A stretch of DNA of 64,000 bases from Eledone cirrhosa (taxonomy: Eukaryota): positions 310,868,001-310,932,000 of the forward strand of contig OZ024741.1 in the NCBI GenBank assembly GCA_964016885.1, given 5' to 3'. The translations under genes and the position numbers were made by a program. Below the pieces are notes generated by a model. That model searched no databases, was not told where the DNA came from, and saw only the letters and a list, made by a program, of their open reading frames with translations. Of this stretch, positions 25,846 through 40,400 are shown one piece after another; the first letter of the stretch is position 1; each line of letters begins with the position of its first letter.

Positions 25846-28800
25846 AATTTTCTTTAACCATCCCTGGAAACTTTTTGAGATAGTACCTAGTGCGCCTATG
25901 ACAATCGGGACCACTTTGACTTCATGGCAGTTCCAAATCCTTTTTACCTCCCACTTTAAGTCCTGGTATCGGTTAATTTTCTCCCTCTCCTTCTCTTGCA
26001 CTCTCGTGTCGAATGGGCAGGCTACATATACAATCAGGCACGATCTTTTTCCCTTGTCCCAAACCCCCAGGTCAGGTCTATTGTGTTCCAGTTTCTTGTC
26101 AGTCTGTCTCCTAAAATCCCACAGCACCTTCACCTGATCGTTTTCCATCACCGAATCTGGCTTATGCTCATACGACTCCTCAGAATGTTGTAAATTGTTT
26201 ACTTTGCATAGGTGCCAGTGGATCACCCTGACCATCACACCATGTCTCCAGCCTTTATAGTGAGTCTGGGCTAGGTGTTTACACTCGGATACAATGTGGG
26301 CCACAGTCTCCTCTCTCTCTCCACAGATCCTGCACAGTGGTCTAGCCTCCTCTTGTAAATATGGTGTTTCAACCACTTCGTTTTGAGGGCCTGCTCTTGC
26401 GCAGCCATTAGCATTCCTTCTGTAGCCTTTTTAAGGTCTCCTCTTTTCAACCAGTTCCATGTCTGTGGATCTCTGAATTCAGTTTTCTCAAAGAAGGTAC
26501 TATGAAGGGATTTATCATGAAGGTTGCTCTTTCTCTTCGTTGTTATTTCCTCCCTGGACATTCCCTGGTCTATTGTCCTCTCCTTCAGTACAGTTCTGAG
26601 CATTGGCTCCTTACTATCAGTCATGTTTTTCTCCATCTGAACACAGTCCTCTATGCTTATAAGACCGCTTCCACATTCAGATCTCCTTAAGTAGAGTCTA
26701 TCGACATCACTCCTCTTGTGGAACATGTTGTAGATAGACAATAGCTTCCTAGTCTTCCTATCCATTTCTTTTTGTTCAGCAACATTCCATCTCAGAATTC
26801 CCGCACTGTACCTAATAATAGACACAGCTCGGGAATTTACTGCACTTATGGCATTCCTACTGTTCAGATGTGATTTTAATACGCACCTTACTGTCCGAAT
26901 GTATTCAGATCTTATCAATTCCTTCATTTTTTTGTTCTTGATGTCATCAGCCTCCAGAACACCCAAATACTTGTATCCTTCTTCAGTGTCAATTTCCTTT
27001 ATCATCTCACCAGTTGGTACCTGGATTCCGTTGCTTCTGCTCAATTTACCCCTCTTCATCACAAGGACTCCACACTTACTAATACCAAATTGCATACATA
27101 TATCATTGCTGAAAATAGGGACAGTGTCAACAAGCACATCCAACTCCCTCTCACTCTTCCCGAAGAGCTTAAGATCGTCCATGAAGAGGAGGTGATTGAT
27201 GGTAAGTTCTCCCTTTCCCAACTTGTATCCTGCTCTTACTTTTCGCAGTTTAATGGTCAGGGGCATCAGGGCAAGGACAAACAACAGAGGGGACAGAATA
27301 TATCTCTGGAAGATACCTCTCTTGATCTTCACGCCTCCCAAGGATTCTTCAGATGATGTTAACTCTGTTTTCCAGGACTTCATACTTTTCCCAACAAGTG
27401 TCTGATGTTATCTGCCACCTTGAAAATCTCTAGGCTTTTGGTGATCCAAGAATGAGGCATCATGTCAAGTGCCTTTTTGTAGTCTATCCATCCCATGGCA
27501 AGACCAGTGTGTCTCCTCTTGCAATTCCTCATTACCATCTTATCAATCAGTAACTGGTCCTTTGTACCACGGGACTTCTTTCGGCATCCTTTCTGTTCGT
27601 CCGGTAACAAGTTGTTTGTGTGGAGGTGATGGTAGATTTCCTCAGACATAATGCTTGTCAACAGTTTCCACATTACGGACAGACATGTGATAGGTCTATA
27701 GGTGGTAACATCATTACCCTTGATTCGGTCTTTCATTACCAAAACTGTGGTACCTTTAGTCAACCACTCTGGTACCTCACCTGATATCAAGCAGTCATTG
27801 AACATGGTTGTCAGTTTCGGGTGGAGGGATGTTATATTTTTAATCCAATACCCCTGCACACCATCTGGGCCTGGTGATTTCCAGTTGGTTAGTTTTTTGG
27901 CCTGCCCCTTCAGATTTTCAACTGTGATACTCAAATCAGTTTGTTGGTGTGCCTGTTCACTAATCTCATTTTTGTACTGTCTCAATCCCCACTGCCTGGT
28001 CATTGTGTTTAACATCCTGCTCCCATATTCCTCTCCAGAATGTCTTAGTTTGTTCCGCCTCAGGGATCAAGTCGTTGCCTCTTTCTTTCCTTTCAAGCTG
28101 TCCAAACAGCATCTTCTGGTTGTTGTCAAACATGCGGTTCTGTCTATACTGACTGACTCTGCCCTCGTATCGCCTAATTTTTGTACTCTTTGCTACAATG
28201 CGTTGCTTCAGTTCCTCTATGATAATATTTAGCTTTTTCCTCCTAGTTTTGTACTTTATTTCCAGTCTATTTTTAGTGTCTATGTTTTTTAATGTCCCAT
28301 TCAGTAGGGACTCAAGCTTTCCAATGTCATTTCTCATTTCCCTGATTTGACCATTCAGTCGTTTCTTCCACCAAGGCTCCGAATCTTTCTTGTTTGTTGT
28401 TTCCTCTCGCTTTATACCAAGTAATTTCCTCACCACATTTGCTGTTGCTTTGAGGATATTGTTGCACTGGTGAAGGCTCCTCGCCTCAAGGTATGGGATG
28501 ACTTTGTTTACCTTAGCTGTTGTTTCTTTTAACTTTTTCCTGTCTACAAATCTTAGGTTCATAGGTTTCTCACTATCTTTGTTCAATTCATCTACCACTA
28601 AGTTTAGGATATCAACCAAATCTTGTCCTAGCCCGTCAGCATTCATCTCTCAATGGCCGTATCTTTGTTCCAGGTATTATTTATTTCAGCATTCAGATCA
28701 TTGTCTGCTTCGGATGGTTCCTCCGTTCTCTCAACCTCTTCACCTTCATTTCCCACTGGCTCGTTTGCCTGGCATACTCCACTCTCCATTTCCAACCTAA

Positions 28801-29073
28801 TCTCTCTGCTCCGTTCCTCCAGTTCCAGCTCGCTTATCCACCCCTTAGTTCTTATTACCCGAGCCTGCCCGGCCAATTTTTGTTCATCTAATTTAAATAG
28901 ACCAATCTCGTTCCAGATGTTATACATCCGTTTACTATAGCCTTTCTCCTTGGGGTTACTCTTCAGGTAACATTGCATAACAGTTCTATTCAATTCTTTC
29001 GTGCAGTTGGTTCTGGTCCCTTTCCTTCTTCTTCTTCTTCCTCCGACATCAGCAGTATTTGGTTGACAGCCAG
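25846..29073 (-). mobile_element. R4/Dong family A copy
   Basis: LLFMDDLKL, CRICGEREETVAHIVSEC zinc knuckle, NRPDL; 5' end at (AAT)n. Confidence 0.9.
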
Positions 29074-29098
29074 TTATTTTTATTATTATTATTATTAT

Positions 29099-30748
29099 TG
29101 TTCTTTGAGTCTCAGTCATTGATGTTATTTAACTGGAAAGTTTGTTGAAATGAATATCAAGCCACTACCTGCAGCCTTAGATATTCAGGACGTATCGGAG
29201 GGTTCTTGCTGTTCCCAGCAAGCATGCCTTTTGAAGTGTTCCAAAAAGCGGGGCGGGACCAATTTTCTTTAACCGTCCTTGGAAACTCTTTATCATAGTG
29301 CGCCTATGACAATCGGGACCACTTTGACCTCATGGCAGTCCCAAATCCTTTTTACCTCCCACTTTAAGTCCTGGTATCGGTTAATTTTCTCCCTCTCCTT
29401 CTCTTGCACTCTCGTGTCGAATCGTCAGGCTACATATACAATCAGGCACGATCTTTTTCCCTTGTCCCAAACTACCAGGTCAGGTCTATTGTGTTCCAGT
29501 TTCTTGTCAGTCTGTATCCTAAAATCCCACAGCACCTTCACCTGATCGTTTTCCATCACCGACTCTGACTTATGCTCATACGACTCCTCAGAATGTGGTA
29601 AATTGTTTACTTTGCATAGGTGCCAGTGGATCACCCTGACCATCACACCATGTCTCCAGCCTTTATAGTGAGTCTGGGCTAGGTGTTTACATGCGGATAC
29701 AATGTGAGCCACAGTCTCCTCTCTCTCTCTCCACAGATCCTACACAGTGGGCTAGCCTCCTCCTTGTAAATATGGTGTTTCAGTCACTTCGTTTTGAAGG
29801 CCTGCTCTTGCGCAGCCATTAGCATTCCTTCTGTAGCCTTTTTAAGGTCTCCTCTTTTCAACCAGTTCCATGTCTGTGGATTTCTAAATTCAGTTTTCTC
29901 AAAGAAGGCACTATGAACGGAATTTTCATGAAGGTTGCTCTTTCTCCTTGTTGTTATTTCCTCCTTGGACATCCCTTGGTCTATTGTCCTCTCCTTCAGT
30001 ACAATTCTGAGCTTTGGCTTCCTACTATCAGTCACGTATTTTCTCCATCTGAACAGAGTCCTCCCTGCTGATAAGACCTCTTCCACCTTCAGATCTCCCT
30101 AAGTAGAGTCTATCGACATCACTCCTTTTGTGGAACATGTTGTAGATAGTCAATAGCTTCATAGTCTTCCTATCCATTTCATTTTGTTCAGCAACATTCC
30201 ATCTCAAAATTCCCGCACTGTACCTAATAATAGACACAGCTCGGGAATTTACTGGACTTATGGCATTCCTACTGTTCAGATGTGACTTTAGTACGCTCCT
30301 TATTCTCCGAATGTATTCAGATCTTATCAGTTCCTTCATTTTTTTGTTTTTGATGTCATCAGACTCCAGAACACCTAAATATAATATTTGTATCCCTCTT
30401 CAGCATCAATTTCCTTTATCATCTCACCTGTTGGTACCTGGATTCCGTTGCTCTGCTCAATTTACTCCCACTTCATCACAAGGACTCCACACTTACTAAT
30501 ACCAAATTGCATACATATATCATTGCTGAAAATACGGACAGTGTCAACAAGCACATCCAACTCCTTGTCACTCTTCCCGAAGAGTTAAGATTGTCCATGA
30601 AGAGGAGGTGATTGATGGTAAGCTCTCCCTTTCCCAACTTGTATCCTGCTCTCACTTTTCACAGTATAATGGTCAAGGGCACCAGGGCAAGGACAAACAA
30701 CAGAGGATTCTCCGCCCGATGTTAACTCTGTTTTCCAGGACTTCATAC
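29099..30748 (-). mobile_element. R4/Dong family A, 5'-truncated copy
   Basis: 3' end gttctttgagtctcagtcatt as at 3248; RT C-terminal half and RLE. Confidence 0.9.
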
Positions 30749-30749
30749 A

Positions 30750-30854
30750 TTTCTGTTTTTTTACACGCAGAAATGCCCATTTGTACCGTCCTGTATTGTC
30801 CTGTACTGTCCTTAATGTCTACTTTATGTGAACCCTTGTGGTTAATAAAGAAAA

Positions 30855-30855
<1 letters not shown>
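30750..30855 (+). mobile_element. Tx1 3' UTR stub followed by (ATT)n
   Basis: Matches 3125-3227 and 36765-36862. Confidence 0.8.
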
Positions 30856-30903
<48 letters not shown>

Positions 30904-33900
30904 GAATGCCATGGTTTACGGAAACTCGCTCTGTAATATATAGTAATTTTTAACCGCTATAACAATTGTAAATTGTTTAAAACTTTAACCAAATTGTAGA
31001 TAAAAACACCCTCCTCCACGTGAGAGGGGACTTTATGCCCGTTATTTAGCCCTTCGGGGTTAAATAACCTCTTATTGGGGTTTTGTGCCCAATATTCATT
31101 TTAAACCCCCAAAATCATGGCTACAAAAAAGAATTTTCACAAGTCACTCCCACTCATTCCGTCTACTTCTTCCTCAATCATCACTACATCAGAGAGAAGA
31201 TTGTCTCTCTCTCTCCCTTCTCTAAATGTGTCTCTCTACCTCCCTTCTCTTTCGCAAGCGACGCCAGTAAAGAAAAAGAAATATATAGTTTCTGATAGTT
31301 TCCAAGAGCACGTGCATACAGTGGAACATTTCGCCACGACGACGACAACGATAAAAATTTGTGCGGTAAATACGGAAAGCCATTTCATTCGTCTGACGTC
31401 ATGAATAATAGCAGTAGCAGTCGTAATAACAGCAGCAGCAGCAGCAACGGTGACAAGGAAAACAATAGTAGCAGCCGCAACAGCATCAGCAGCAGCATAA
31501 AGAACAACAGCAGCAGCAGCAGCAATAACAACAGTAGCAGCAGCAACAACAACAGCAACCACAGCAACAGTGGCGGCGGCAGTCGTAGTACCAGCAGTAA
31601 CAAAAGTAACAGCAGCTCTGACGACAACAACAACAACAAGAAAGAAAAACCAATCTTGTTTGCTGGCATCGCAAAGAACCTGGAAACCATCCTTATAACA
31701 AATGAGGAATTACAGGAAGCAAAGAAGACGGTGACGAAAACCGGACACCGAGCAATCTGCAAGGCAGCCGAAACATTTTTCGAAACCCAACAGCACTGTA
31801 CGGTCACGTATCGTACATTAAGCACAAAATCCCGTAGGGTTGAAATAGCCACAGAGGCTCAAATACAAAAAGCACTAGGGTCTGTGTGGCAGCGGAAAAT
31901 GCATGTCACCCAAGGCAAGAAATATTCCACCGTGGACGTGCTTTTTGCCATACCCCAGCAGACAAAGGTTCAATCCTTAGTGACCATAAGGAGCGAGGGA
32001 ATGGTGTTGGTGCACTCCTACTGCAGATAAAAAATTGTGAGGGTCAAACTGACCCACGTCACCTCCGGGATGGCCCCTTCTTGGCTGGCCGCGTCTGTCC
32101 TCGTCGAAATCGAGGACAAAACAACTTTCCTGCAAGTACAGAAAAAGTACGAGATGATTGGGTCGGCACCTCCATTGAGATGTTAATCCAAACCCACCAG
32201 CAGTGCATCGAAGCTATCCCGGATGTGATAGACTTCGATAACGGCACTCAACTGCCCATAAGTGTTGAGGGCAAACGCCCGAAATGCTTTCGCTGTGGAT
32301 CGAAGCCTCACCTCAGGGCCTTCTGCAATGAGAAGACCTTGAGAAAGGAGAACACCCCCCTCCTTCCGAAACCAGCTCCACTGCTACCAGCAACAGGACA
32401 GGCGGCAACCAGGAACGATAGGTCCGTGGCACCCATACCCGCACCACGGAAATCAAGAACAGCAGCAGCAGTGGAAGTATTAACAACAACAACAACAATA
32501 CCAACTGCAGCTGCAACAGAGACCCACTGCAAACATCACCAACAACAACAAGTGAAAGAGTGGAGCTGGTACCCCTCCCCGACCTCACAGAATCGGAGAT
32601 GGAGTGTGAGGTGGGAGAGGAATGGAAAAAGGTCGCAAGAAGGCACAAACGCAGAAGCAGCGCATCGTCGCCTTCGAAAAGGGAGGAAAGAAATGAAAAA
32701 AGGGTAAAGGCTACTGCAAAGAGACTTACAGCAGCAATACCACCAACATCATCACCACCCACACTAGCACCACCATCATCAGCGGCGGCAACCCCACCGC
32801 AAACAACAACAACACCTTCAACACCACCGCCACAAGCACCAACATCGCAAACCCAACAACAAAACACACACACCCTGCAACAACGGCAAGAAAATAGCAG
32901 GACCACACCTCATCCACAGAAAAACAAATGCACAGCAATAAATACACACAACAAGAAACTAATGACTTATGTAATTGAACACAGACATTTCACAGCACGA
33001 CTACATTCAAAACACCAACGAACATAAGACTGGTAAGATTAGCACAGAAGCAATACACAAAGATTAAAACGAAATTCCCCAACGCAGTTGGTGATTTCAG
33101 AGACCTAGGAGGGACACTCAACCGGAGAGTATATTCGGATATACTCACAGAAGAGCCGACGACCAGCCGAAGGGACGATTCAACGGTCCCTTCACCAGAC
33201 GATCAAGTGAAAAGGGATGTAGAAACCATCCTTCCTCTACGAGAAGTAAGGTAAGTGGTCTTTCCCATCTTTTCCACAAAATTTCAACATGACCTCACTC
33301 AGAATAGGCAGCATAAATGCGCGTGGCTTGGGGTCGTCATGGAAGCAGGGCCACCTGCTCAACGGCCTCAGGTCACTAAACATAGATGTAGTGGCCATCA
33401 GCGAGACCAGAATCTCCGAAGCACGGGCCTTCGCACCGATCTTCGCCGGCTACGATGTGTACGCATCTCTCAGCCGTCCTGGTTCGGGGGGTGGAGTTGC
33501 TGTGCTTTTTCGGAGAGAATGGATCTCGCCATACGGGCCATCTTCCTGAACCCAGAAGGTAAGTTGGTGGTGCTGGAGGTGACCAGCGGAGACCGGCAAG
33601 CTTTCAGGCCGTCTATGCCCCGAGAGGAGCAGGGTGGACTGATTTCTTCCGGCGTCTGGATACCTTTCTAGGTAGGGCCGCGCTTTAGTGTTAGTGGGCG
33701 ACTGGAACGGGATCTTAGATGCACGCTGGGACTGTGTGGGATTAGCGGATAGGGAAGGAGGGCGCAAGAGCCTCACCAACCTGCTCAGGCGTTTTGAACT
33801 GTCTGACAGGTACCGATTGGATTTCCCGAATGTGCCAATGTGGACTTGGACAAACCGCATTGGGTCATCCGGATCATATCTAGTATTTTGTTTGGAAATA

Positions 33901-36862
33901 GATAGGTCTAGCATAGGCTGTCCACAATTCAAGATAGTCAGCTATACGGACCGCAAATTCGTGATCTGTGTCTTTACCAGCGTCCTTACCAGCGCGCAAA
34001 GCCTACACAGACCGGATTAGCGAACTAGTTAAGCGCTCGTTGACGGGGCCATCGTCAACAACAAGTGCTGCTTTACTCTGAAAAGCGCGATTAGAATAGA
34101 GTCCATTAGGTTTAGTAAGGCTTTAGCAATAGAGAAACATAGAGCAGATGGATAACTAGTTAGAAAATTAGACGAAGCGCTTAGCAAAGGCATCTCGACC
34201 GACTACTTGCGGCGAAATTGGCCCTTGACCAATTCTTCAATGCAAAGCACGAAGGCTGCGTTGTCAGTGCTAGGGTGCGTGCTCTCAGACACGAGGGGTC
34301 GAAAGCCGTTCAATGGGCCCGAGTGGGGGTGGCGCGTTGTGGCAACAAAGTCACGATCCGGTCTTTGGTGGACAACGACGGGCGCATGCTATTCGATCCC
34401 GAGCAAATGTGTGAAGCTTTTCAGCGACACTTCGCTCGGCTGTTCGGGGGCAGCGGTGGGCCAGGTCGAGGGATGGATTTATGGATTTAGTGTCTACCTC
34501 GACGGACTGCGGCGGTTCTTGGCCACTGAGGCGGAGTGTTGAAAAAAGCCGATAACAGCCGCTGAAATACGAGAGGCAATGACTGGCTGCACAGTTGGTA
34601 AATCGTATGGTTTGGATGATCTGCCCTATGACCTTGCGTACAGATGCCAGACTTGTTCGGAGGCCTGTTGGCGGACTCTACTGCAACTGGGAACAGAACG
34701 GGAGAATTCCTAGCTCTGTGAGACGAGGAGCGGTGGAGCTGCTGAGAAAGGATCCGAACAAGGGGGATAACATAGATAATTTCAGGCCCATAACTCTGCT
34801 AAACACAGAGTTCAAGATTTTGGCCAAGGTGCTAGCAAAGAGGTTGGCCCTTGTCGTTGGTGGTCTGGTGGGAGAGGCGCAGACCTACACCATTCCCGAC
34901 AGATCCATCCACGACAACCTCCACCTCATGCGATACATCGTAGAGAGGGTAGCTAGGGAACGTGGCACGGGTGGGTCCTTGTACAATTTAGATCGGCAGT
35001 CCTGAAGCAGGCTGGCTTTGGGCCCGTCTTCAGAGGCTGGATCGCTGCCATGCCCAGCGACATCTGCTCTCTGGTGAGAGTGAACGGTCACCTTTCGGAA
35101 CCGTTCAACATCATGCGCTCGGTCCGCCAAGGATGTCCCCTCTCGTCCCTCTTGTACGTATTGACACTCAAGCTATTACTGCACAAACTGGAGACGTTGA
35201 GGGGCGTTCCGCGCGAACTAGGATGCGGAAGATCCGTGTCAGCTTATGCGGACGATGTCACCGTAGTGTTGTCGAACGCCAAACATATCGAGGCGATCGG
35301 CACTACATTAAGAGAATACGAAGCGGTGACAGGAACAAAAAATCAACCAAGTAAAGTCAGTGGGCCTGCAGCTCGGCACCAGGAGAGGCAGGTCCGTGCC
35401 GTCCAACAGCGACGTCGGGCGCTGGACGGGCGGACCGGTAAATTTCTCGGGGCCTGGTTCGGTCCGGACCTCCAGGCGCACAAAAACTGGGACGAGGTGA
35501 CGAGCAGCGTGGTTTCTCTTGTCCAGAAATAGGCGGAAAGGAAGCTATCCCTGAAAGGTCGAGCGGAGGTGGCGAACGCGTACATCATGTCCGTCATCTG
35601 CTAGCGCCTTACCGTCGTACTTTGTCCTAAGCCCCGCCTGACTGCGCTGAAGCGTTTGCTCTTTCGATTTTTGTGGAAGGGACGCGCTCCGATGGTCAGG
35701 CGGTCCATCTGTTGGCAACACCCGTTACGTGGAGGGCTGGGCTTGCCGTGGCTGATGATGCGTAGACACGCGCTCAGGCTACGACATCTCCACCTCTTCC
35801 TCGACGGTGATGAGGTGTGGTGGCCGTTTGCTAGATGCGTCTTTCTGCAGCTCGTCTCCTTGACGGAGCTGCAGTCCTGGGTCAAGCGAAGACTGAGAGG
35901 GGGCGCTTGGAGAGTGGAATGTCTTCAGGCGCTCACAGCCCTCGACCAATCGGGCAATGTGATCGGTGGAAACTCCACCTCAGCGTTCTATAGAGGATTA
36001 GTGGAGGGGAAGAGCGACGACGTGATTGGGGAAACTCTAGGACTCGACGAAAATCAACTAGCCAATTTCTTCGGAAGAACTTTCGGGCCGAGGCCTATGG
36101 ACAACTTCCAGCAATGCCTGTCCTGGCAGTGCTACCGAGGAGCTTTGCCAGTTCATGATAAACTCTACAGGCATGGAGGTGCCGTCACCCGGGCATGTCC
36201 GAGATGTGCGCAGGGCGACGAAACCGTCCTGCACGCACTCGTCCAGTATCCGAGAATTGCTGACTTGTGGGTTTAATGTCGAACACCTGCTGTCGAGTGT
36301 AGGACGGATCCGGTTATCAGCTGAGTCCATCGTGAGGATTGCCCCGCCCTCCTCCTTTAGCCGGGAAGGGCAGGCAGTTTTTATCTGTCTGGTGGCCATG
36401 GCGAAAGAGATAGTATGGTGGACATGTTTGAAAGGGCTGAAGCGAGCACTTACCTCTTCGGTAAGGCCCTGATTGACATTTTCAAATTTCATTTGAAAAG
36501 GAATATCAGGGTAGAGAGGGAAGTGCTCTCTTCCCAGCATTTTGTTGAAAGATGGGTGAGAGATGCAAGAATGGCCCGCGTGAATGGGCCTACTCTGAGT
36601 ATGTGTCTGTAAATTAAAGGTGGACAACTGGGAGAGGGCACTTGCTCTGGTGGTCAGGGTCACTGTGGCCTTTTAATGGGCTATCTCCACAAATGTCCCT
36701 CAGAAGTCTCCCCCCTATTGGGAAATTTTTCACTGTTATTTTTTTGTTACATCCTCTGTTTTTGTTTTTTACACGCAGAAATGCCCATTTGTACCGTCCT
36801 TTATTGTCCTATACTGTCCTTAATGTCTACTATATGTAAACCCTTGTGGTTAATAAAGAAAG
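30904..36862 (+). mobile_element. Near full-length Tx1-clade LINE (subfamily D): ORF1 ~31117-33250, ORF2 33289-36612
   Basis: ORF1 CCHC knuckle CFRCGSKPHLRAFC; ORF2 MTSLRIGSINARGL, FRPITLLNTEFKI, SAYADD, CPRC..ETVLH; (ATT)n at both ends. Confidence 0.92.
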
Positions 36863-36955
36863 TATTATTATTATTATTATTACAGTTGCATTTATCTTGC
36901 TCTATGTTCATACGAGCAAGGATTCTCCGCCCGATGTTTTCCAGGACTTCATACA

Positions 36956-37003
<48 letters not shown>

Positions 37004-37004
<1 letters not shown>

Positions 37005-37400
37005 GTTCTTTGAGTCTTAGTCATTGATGTTATTTAACTGGAAAGTTTGTTGAAATGAATATCAAGCTGCTACCTGCAGCCTCAGATATTCAGGACGTAT
37101 CGGAGGGTTCTTGCTGTTCCCAGCAAGCATGCCTTTTCAAGTGTTCCAAAAAGCGGGGCTGGACTAATCTTCTTTAACCATCCCTGGAAACTCCTTGAGA
37201 TAGTACCTAGTGCCCCTATGACAATCGAGACCACTTTGACTTCATGGCAGTTCCAAATCCTTTTTACCTCCCACTTTAAGTCCTGGTATCGGTTGATTTT
37301 CTCCCTCTCCTTCTCTTGCACTCTCGTGTCGAATGGGCAGGCCACATACACAATCAGGCACGATCTTTTTTCCTTGTCGAAAACCACCAAGTCAAATCTA
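37004..37400 (-). mobile_element. R4/Dong family A 3' stub
   Basis: RLE C-terminus ..KACLLGTARTLRYVLNI; (ATT)n at both flanks. Confidence 0.88.
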
Positions 37401-37412
37401 TTGTATTATTAT

Positions 37413-40400
37413 TACAGTTGCATTTATCTTGCTTTATGTTCATACGAGTTATCATCAAGTCACAACAAGTGACCTCAAGAGACAACAAGGTCCGCCATGT
37501 TCAAGAAAGAACATACATATTCACACATGCATCTTTAGTGTTTAGACTTGTGATGTACTTATATTGACAGAATCTTCCTTAGTATATGGGCAGTTCCCAT
37601 TAGTACTATCTTTTGTATTTCTCCTATACGCGGGTTTCCTGGGATTTGCGATAAGTAGTCATTAGACCCCTTAGGTATCATTCCCAGAGCGCCTACAACC
37701 ACTGGTATTGTTTTAGTTCTCAATTTCCACATTTTTCCAATTTCTATCTCCAGGTCCTTATACTTGCTCAATTTTTCAAATGTTTTTATAGATACATTCT
37801 TGTCTATTGGAACAGACATATAAATTAGCAGGCATACCCTCTTTTGAAAGTCCTTCAATATTATATCAGGTCTATTTGCATCTATTTTTCGGTCTGTTTG
37901 GATGCTAAAGTTCCACAAGATTGAGATGTGATCTTTTTCAAGTATGGGAGGTGGTTGATGCTCCCACCAATTCTTTTGATGGGGCAGGTCAAAATGCTTA
38001 CACATTATCCAATGTATGTATTATGCAGCTCTGTCATGCCTGTTTAGGTATTCGGTTGGAGCTATAGGACTGCACATTGAAATTATATGGTCGGCATAAT
38101 GGGCTGCATCCATTTTTTATTATGTTGGCTTGGTAATTTTTTTTTGGCAGACACTGATCTTGTGCTGATATAATCAGTCATTCAGTCTACGATTTCAGTC
38201 CAGAGGATGCCAACCACTGATGGGTTAAAGTTTTGTCAACATCAGGATTGTTAGCTCGGTCTGGGTATTTTCCATACAGAGGCTTTTCTTGCCATTTCTT
38301 AGCCAGCTTCTGTAGCAGTTCTTTCTTTGCAGTTACTTTTACCTGCTTTAATTTTTCTGTGTTTTCCATTTCAGCAGTAAATGGGACTTCTGAAATGTGT
38401 AGTCCATTACTGTATCTTTGTGCATCTTTTGTAATGGAGTATGATCTTTTGATGCTTTCGTGTTTCAATACGAGTTTGATCATCCAATCATGTGATTCCC
38501 TTAGATATGTAGATAATCCAATTGTTGCAGTGTTCAACGCAATGTCTAACTGGATTAACCCACGTCCTTCTTCTTTCCTAGGGAGATATATTCTATCTGT
38601 ATCTGCCTTGGGTGATGCACTCTGTGCACGGTTAAGAATTTTCTAATTTTTGTATCGAGCCTACGGATCTCTGTGATTCACCAGTTGATGACATTGTAAT
38701 GGAGTATGATCTTTTGCTGCTTTCGTGTTTCAATACGAGTTTGATCATCCAATCATGTGATTCACTTAGATATGTAGATAATCCAATTGTTGCAGTGTTC
38801 AACGCAATTTCTAACTGGATTAACCCACGTCCTCCTTCTTTCCTAGGGAGATATATTCTATCTGTATCGTCCTTGGGTGATGCATTCTGTGCATGGTTAA
38901 GAATTTTCTAATTTTTGTATCGAGCCTACGGATCTCTGTGCTTGACCAGTTGATGACATTGTAACTGTATGTTACTACTGGTATGGCAAGCGTGTTTATG
39001 GCATCGATCCTATTCCTTGCATTCAATTCCGTTCTTAAGATTGCTCTTACTCTGCGGTAACATTCCTTCCTTATCCTTTCCCTCATTGTCGAGTGCTTGA
39101 TTCCGTCTCCTTCACAAACACCTAGATATTTGTAAGTTTTTTCTTGATCAAGTTCTCTTATCACGTTCCCCCGATCAAGATTAATGTCTGAACTCTTCAG
39201 CAGCTTTCCTCTGGTGAACGTTGCTTTGGCGCATTTATCTAGTCCAAACTCCATTTTAATGTCATCACTGAACTGCTTCACAGTGGATAATAGCCCTTGC
39301 AATTGTTCATCATTTTTTGCAAATAGTTTCAGGTCATCCATGTAGAACAGGTGATTAATGGTTTTGTCTTAGACTTTTTATCCATGTTTTGTTTCATTGA
39401 GCATTTTACTTAATGGTATAAGTGCGATGCAGAATAAAAGCGGTGATAAAGAGTCACCCTGAAAAATTCCACAATTAATATTAACTTCTCCAGCTTCCAG
39501 TGATTTTGTTTCACTATTCAAAAGGAGTGTCGTTTTCCATGTCTTCATACTGAATCACAAAAACCTCCTGACAACGGGGGATATTTTGAAAATTTCTAAA
39601 CATTTTTCAATCCAACTGTGTGGCAAACTATCGAATGCTTTTTTATAATCTATCCAAGCAATCGATAGATTTTTGTGTATATTATGACAATCTTCCAGTA
39701 TAATTTTGTTAACCAGAAGCTGATCCTTACAGCCATATGAGCCTCGTTTACACCCTTTCTGCTCAATGGGAAATAGGTCATTTGTTATCAGGTGGTTATA
39801 TGTGTATTCAGTTAGGACTGATGTTAAAATGTTATACATTGTGGTCAAGCAAGTTATCGGTCTGTAATTTTTGGGATTGTTTGTCTCATCATTCTTCGGA
39901 AGCAGGAATGTAATGCCGTTAACTAGCCATGATGGTATCTTTTCTGGCTCCTTATCTATTTCATTGTAAAGTTGGGCTAACAGCTCATGAGACTCTGTGA
40001 AGGCATTTATCCAAAAGTTTTGTATTTTGTCTTTTCCTGGGGATTTCCATTTGCTGGTTTTTCTTAGAGCCAAGCGCAACTGTTCAACTGTTATATTTTC
40101 TCATGTTTGTTCCTCAAGGTGAGCTGTATCTTTCATTTGTCTGTCTATCCATGGGGCATGTATGTTATGAATTTTTTCTTCGGCCCAGATCTTTTCCCAG
40201 AATTCTTGCACTTCCTCCATGGGTGGTATTGATTTAGCAGTTATTGTTCACTTACCAATTTTTCTGTAGAAGTTTCTTTGGTTGTTTTTGAACATATTAT
40301 TGTCCTTATAGAATCTAGATCGTTTTTCAAAGCGCCTTATACGAGCAGCTTTGGCCGACACTTTTTGCTTGATTATTTCTATCAGCATGTCTATGTCACA

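Noticed and set aside
31236-31852. Poly-Leu/Cys/Ala ORFs, also at 19226-19744
   Set aside because: Antisense frames of (AGC/AAC)n-rich Tx1 ORF1.
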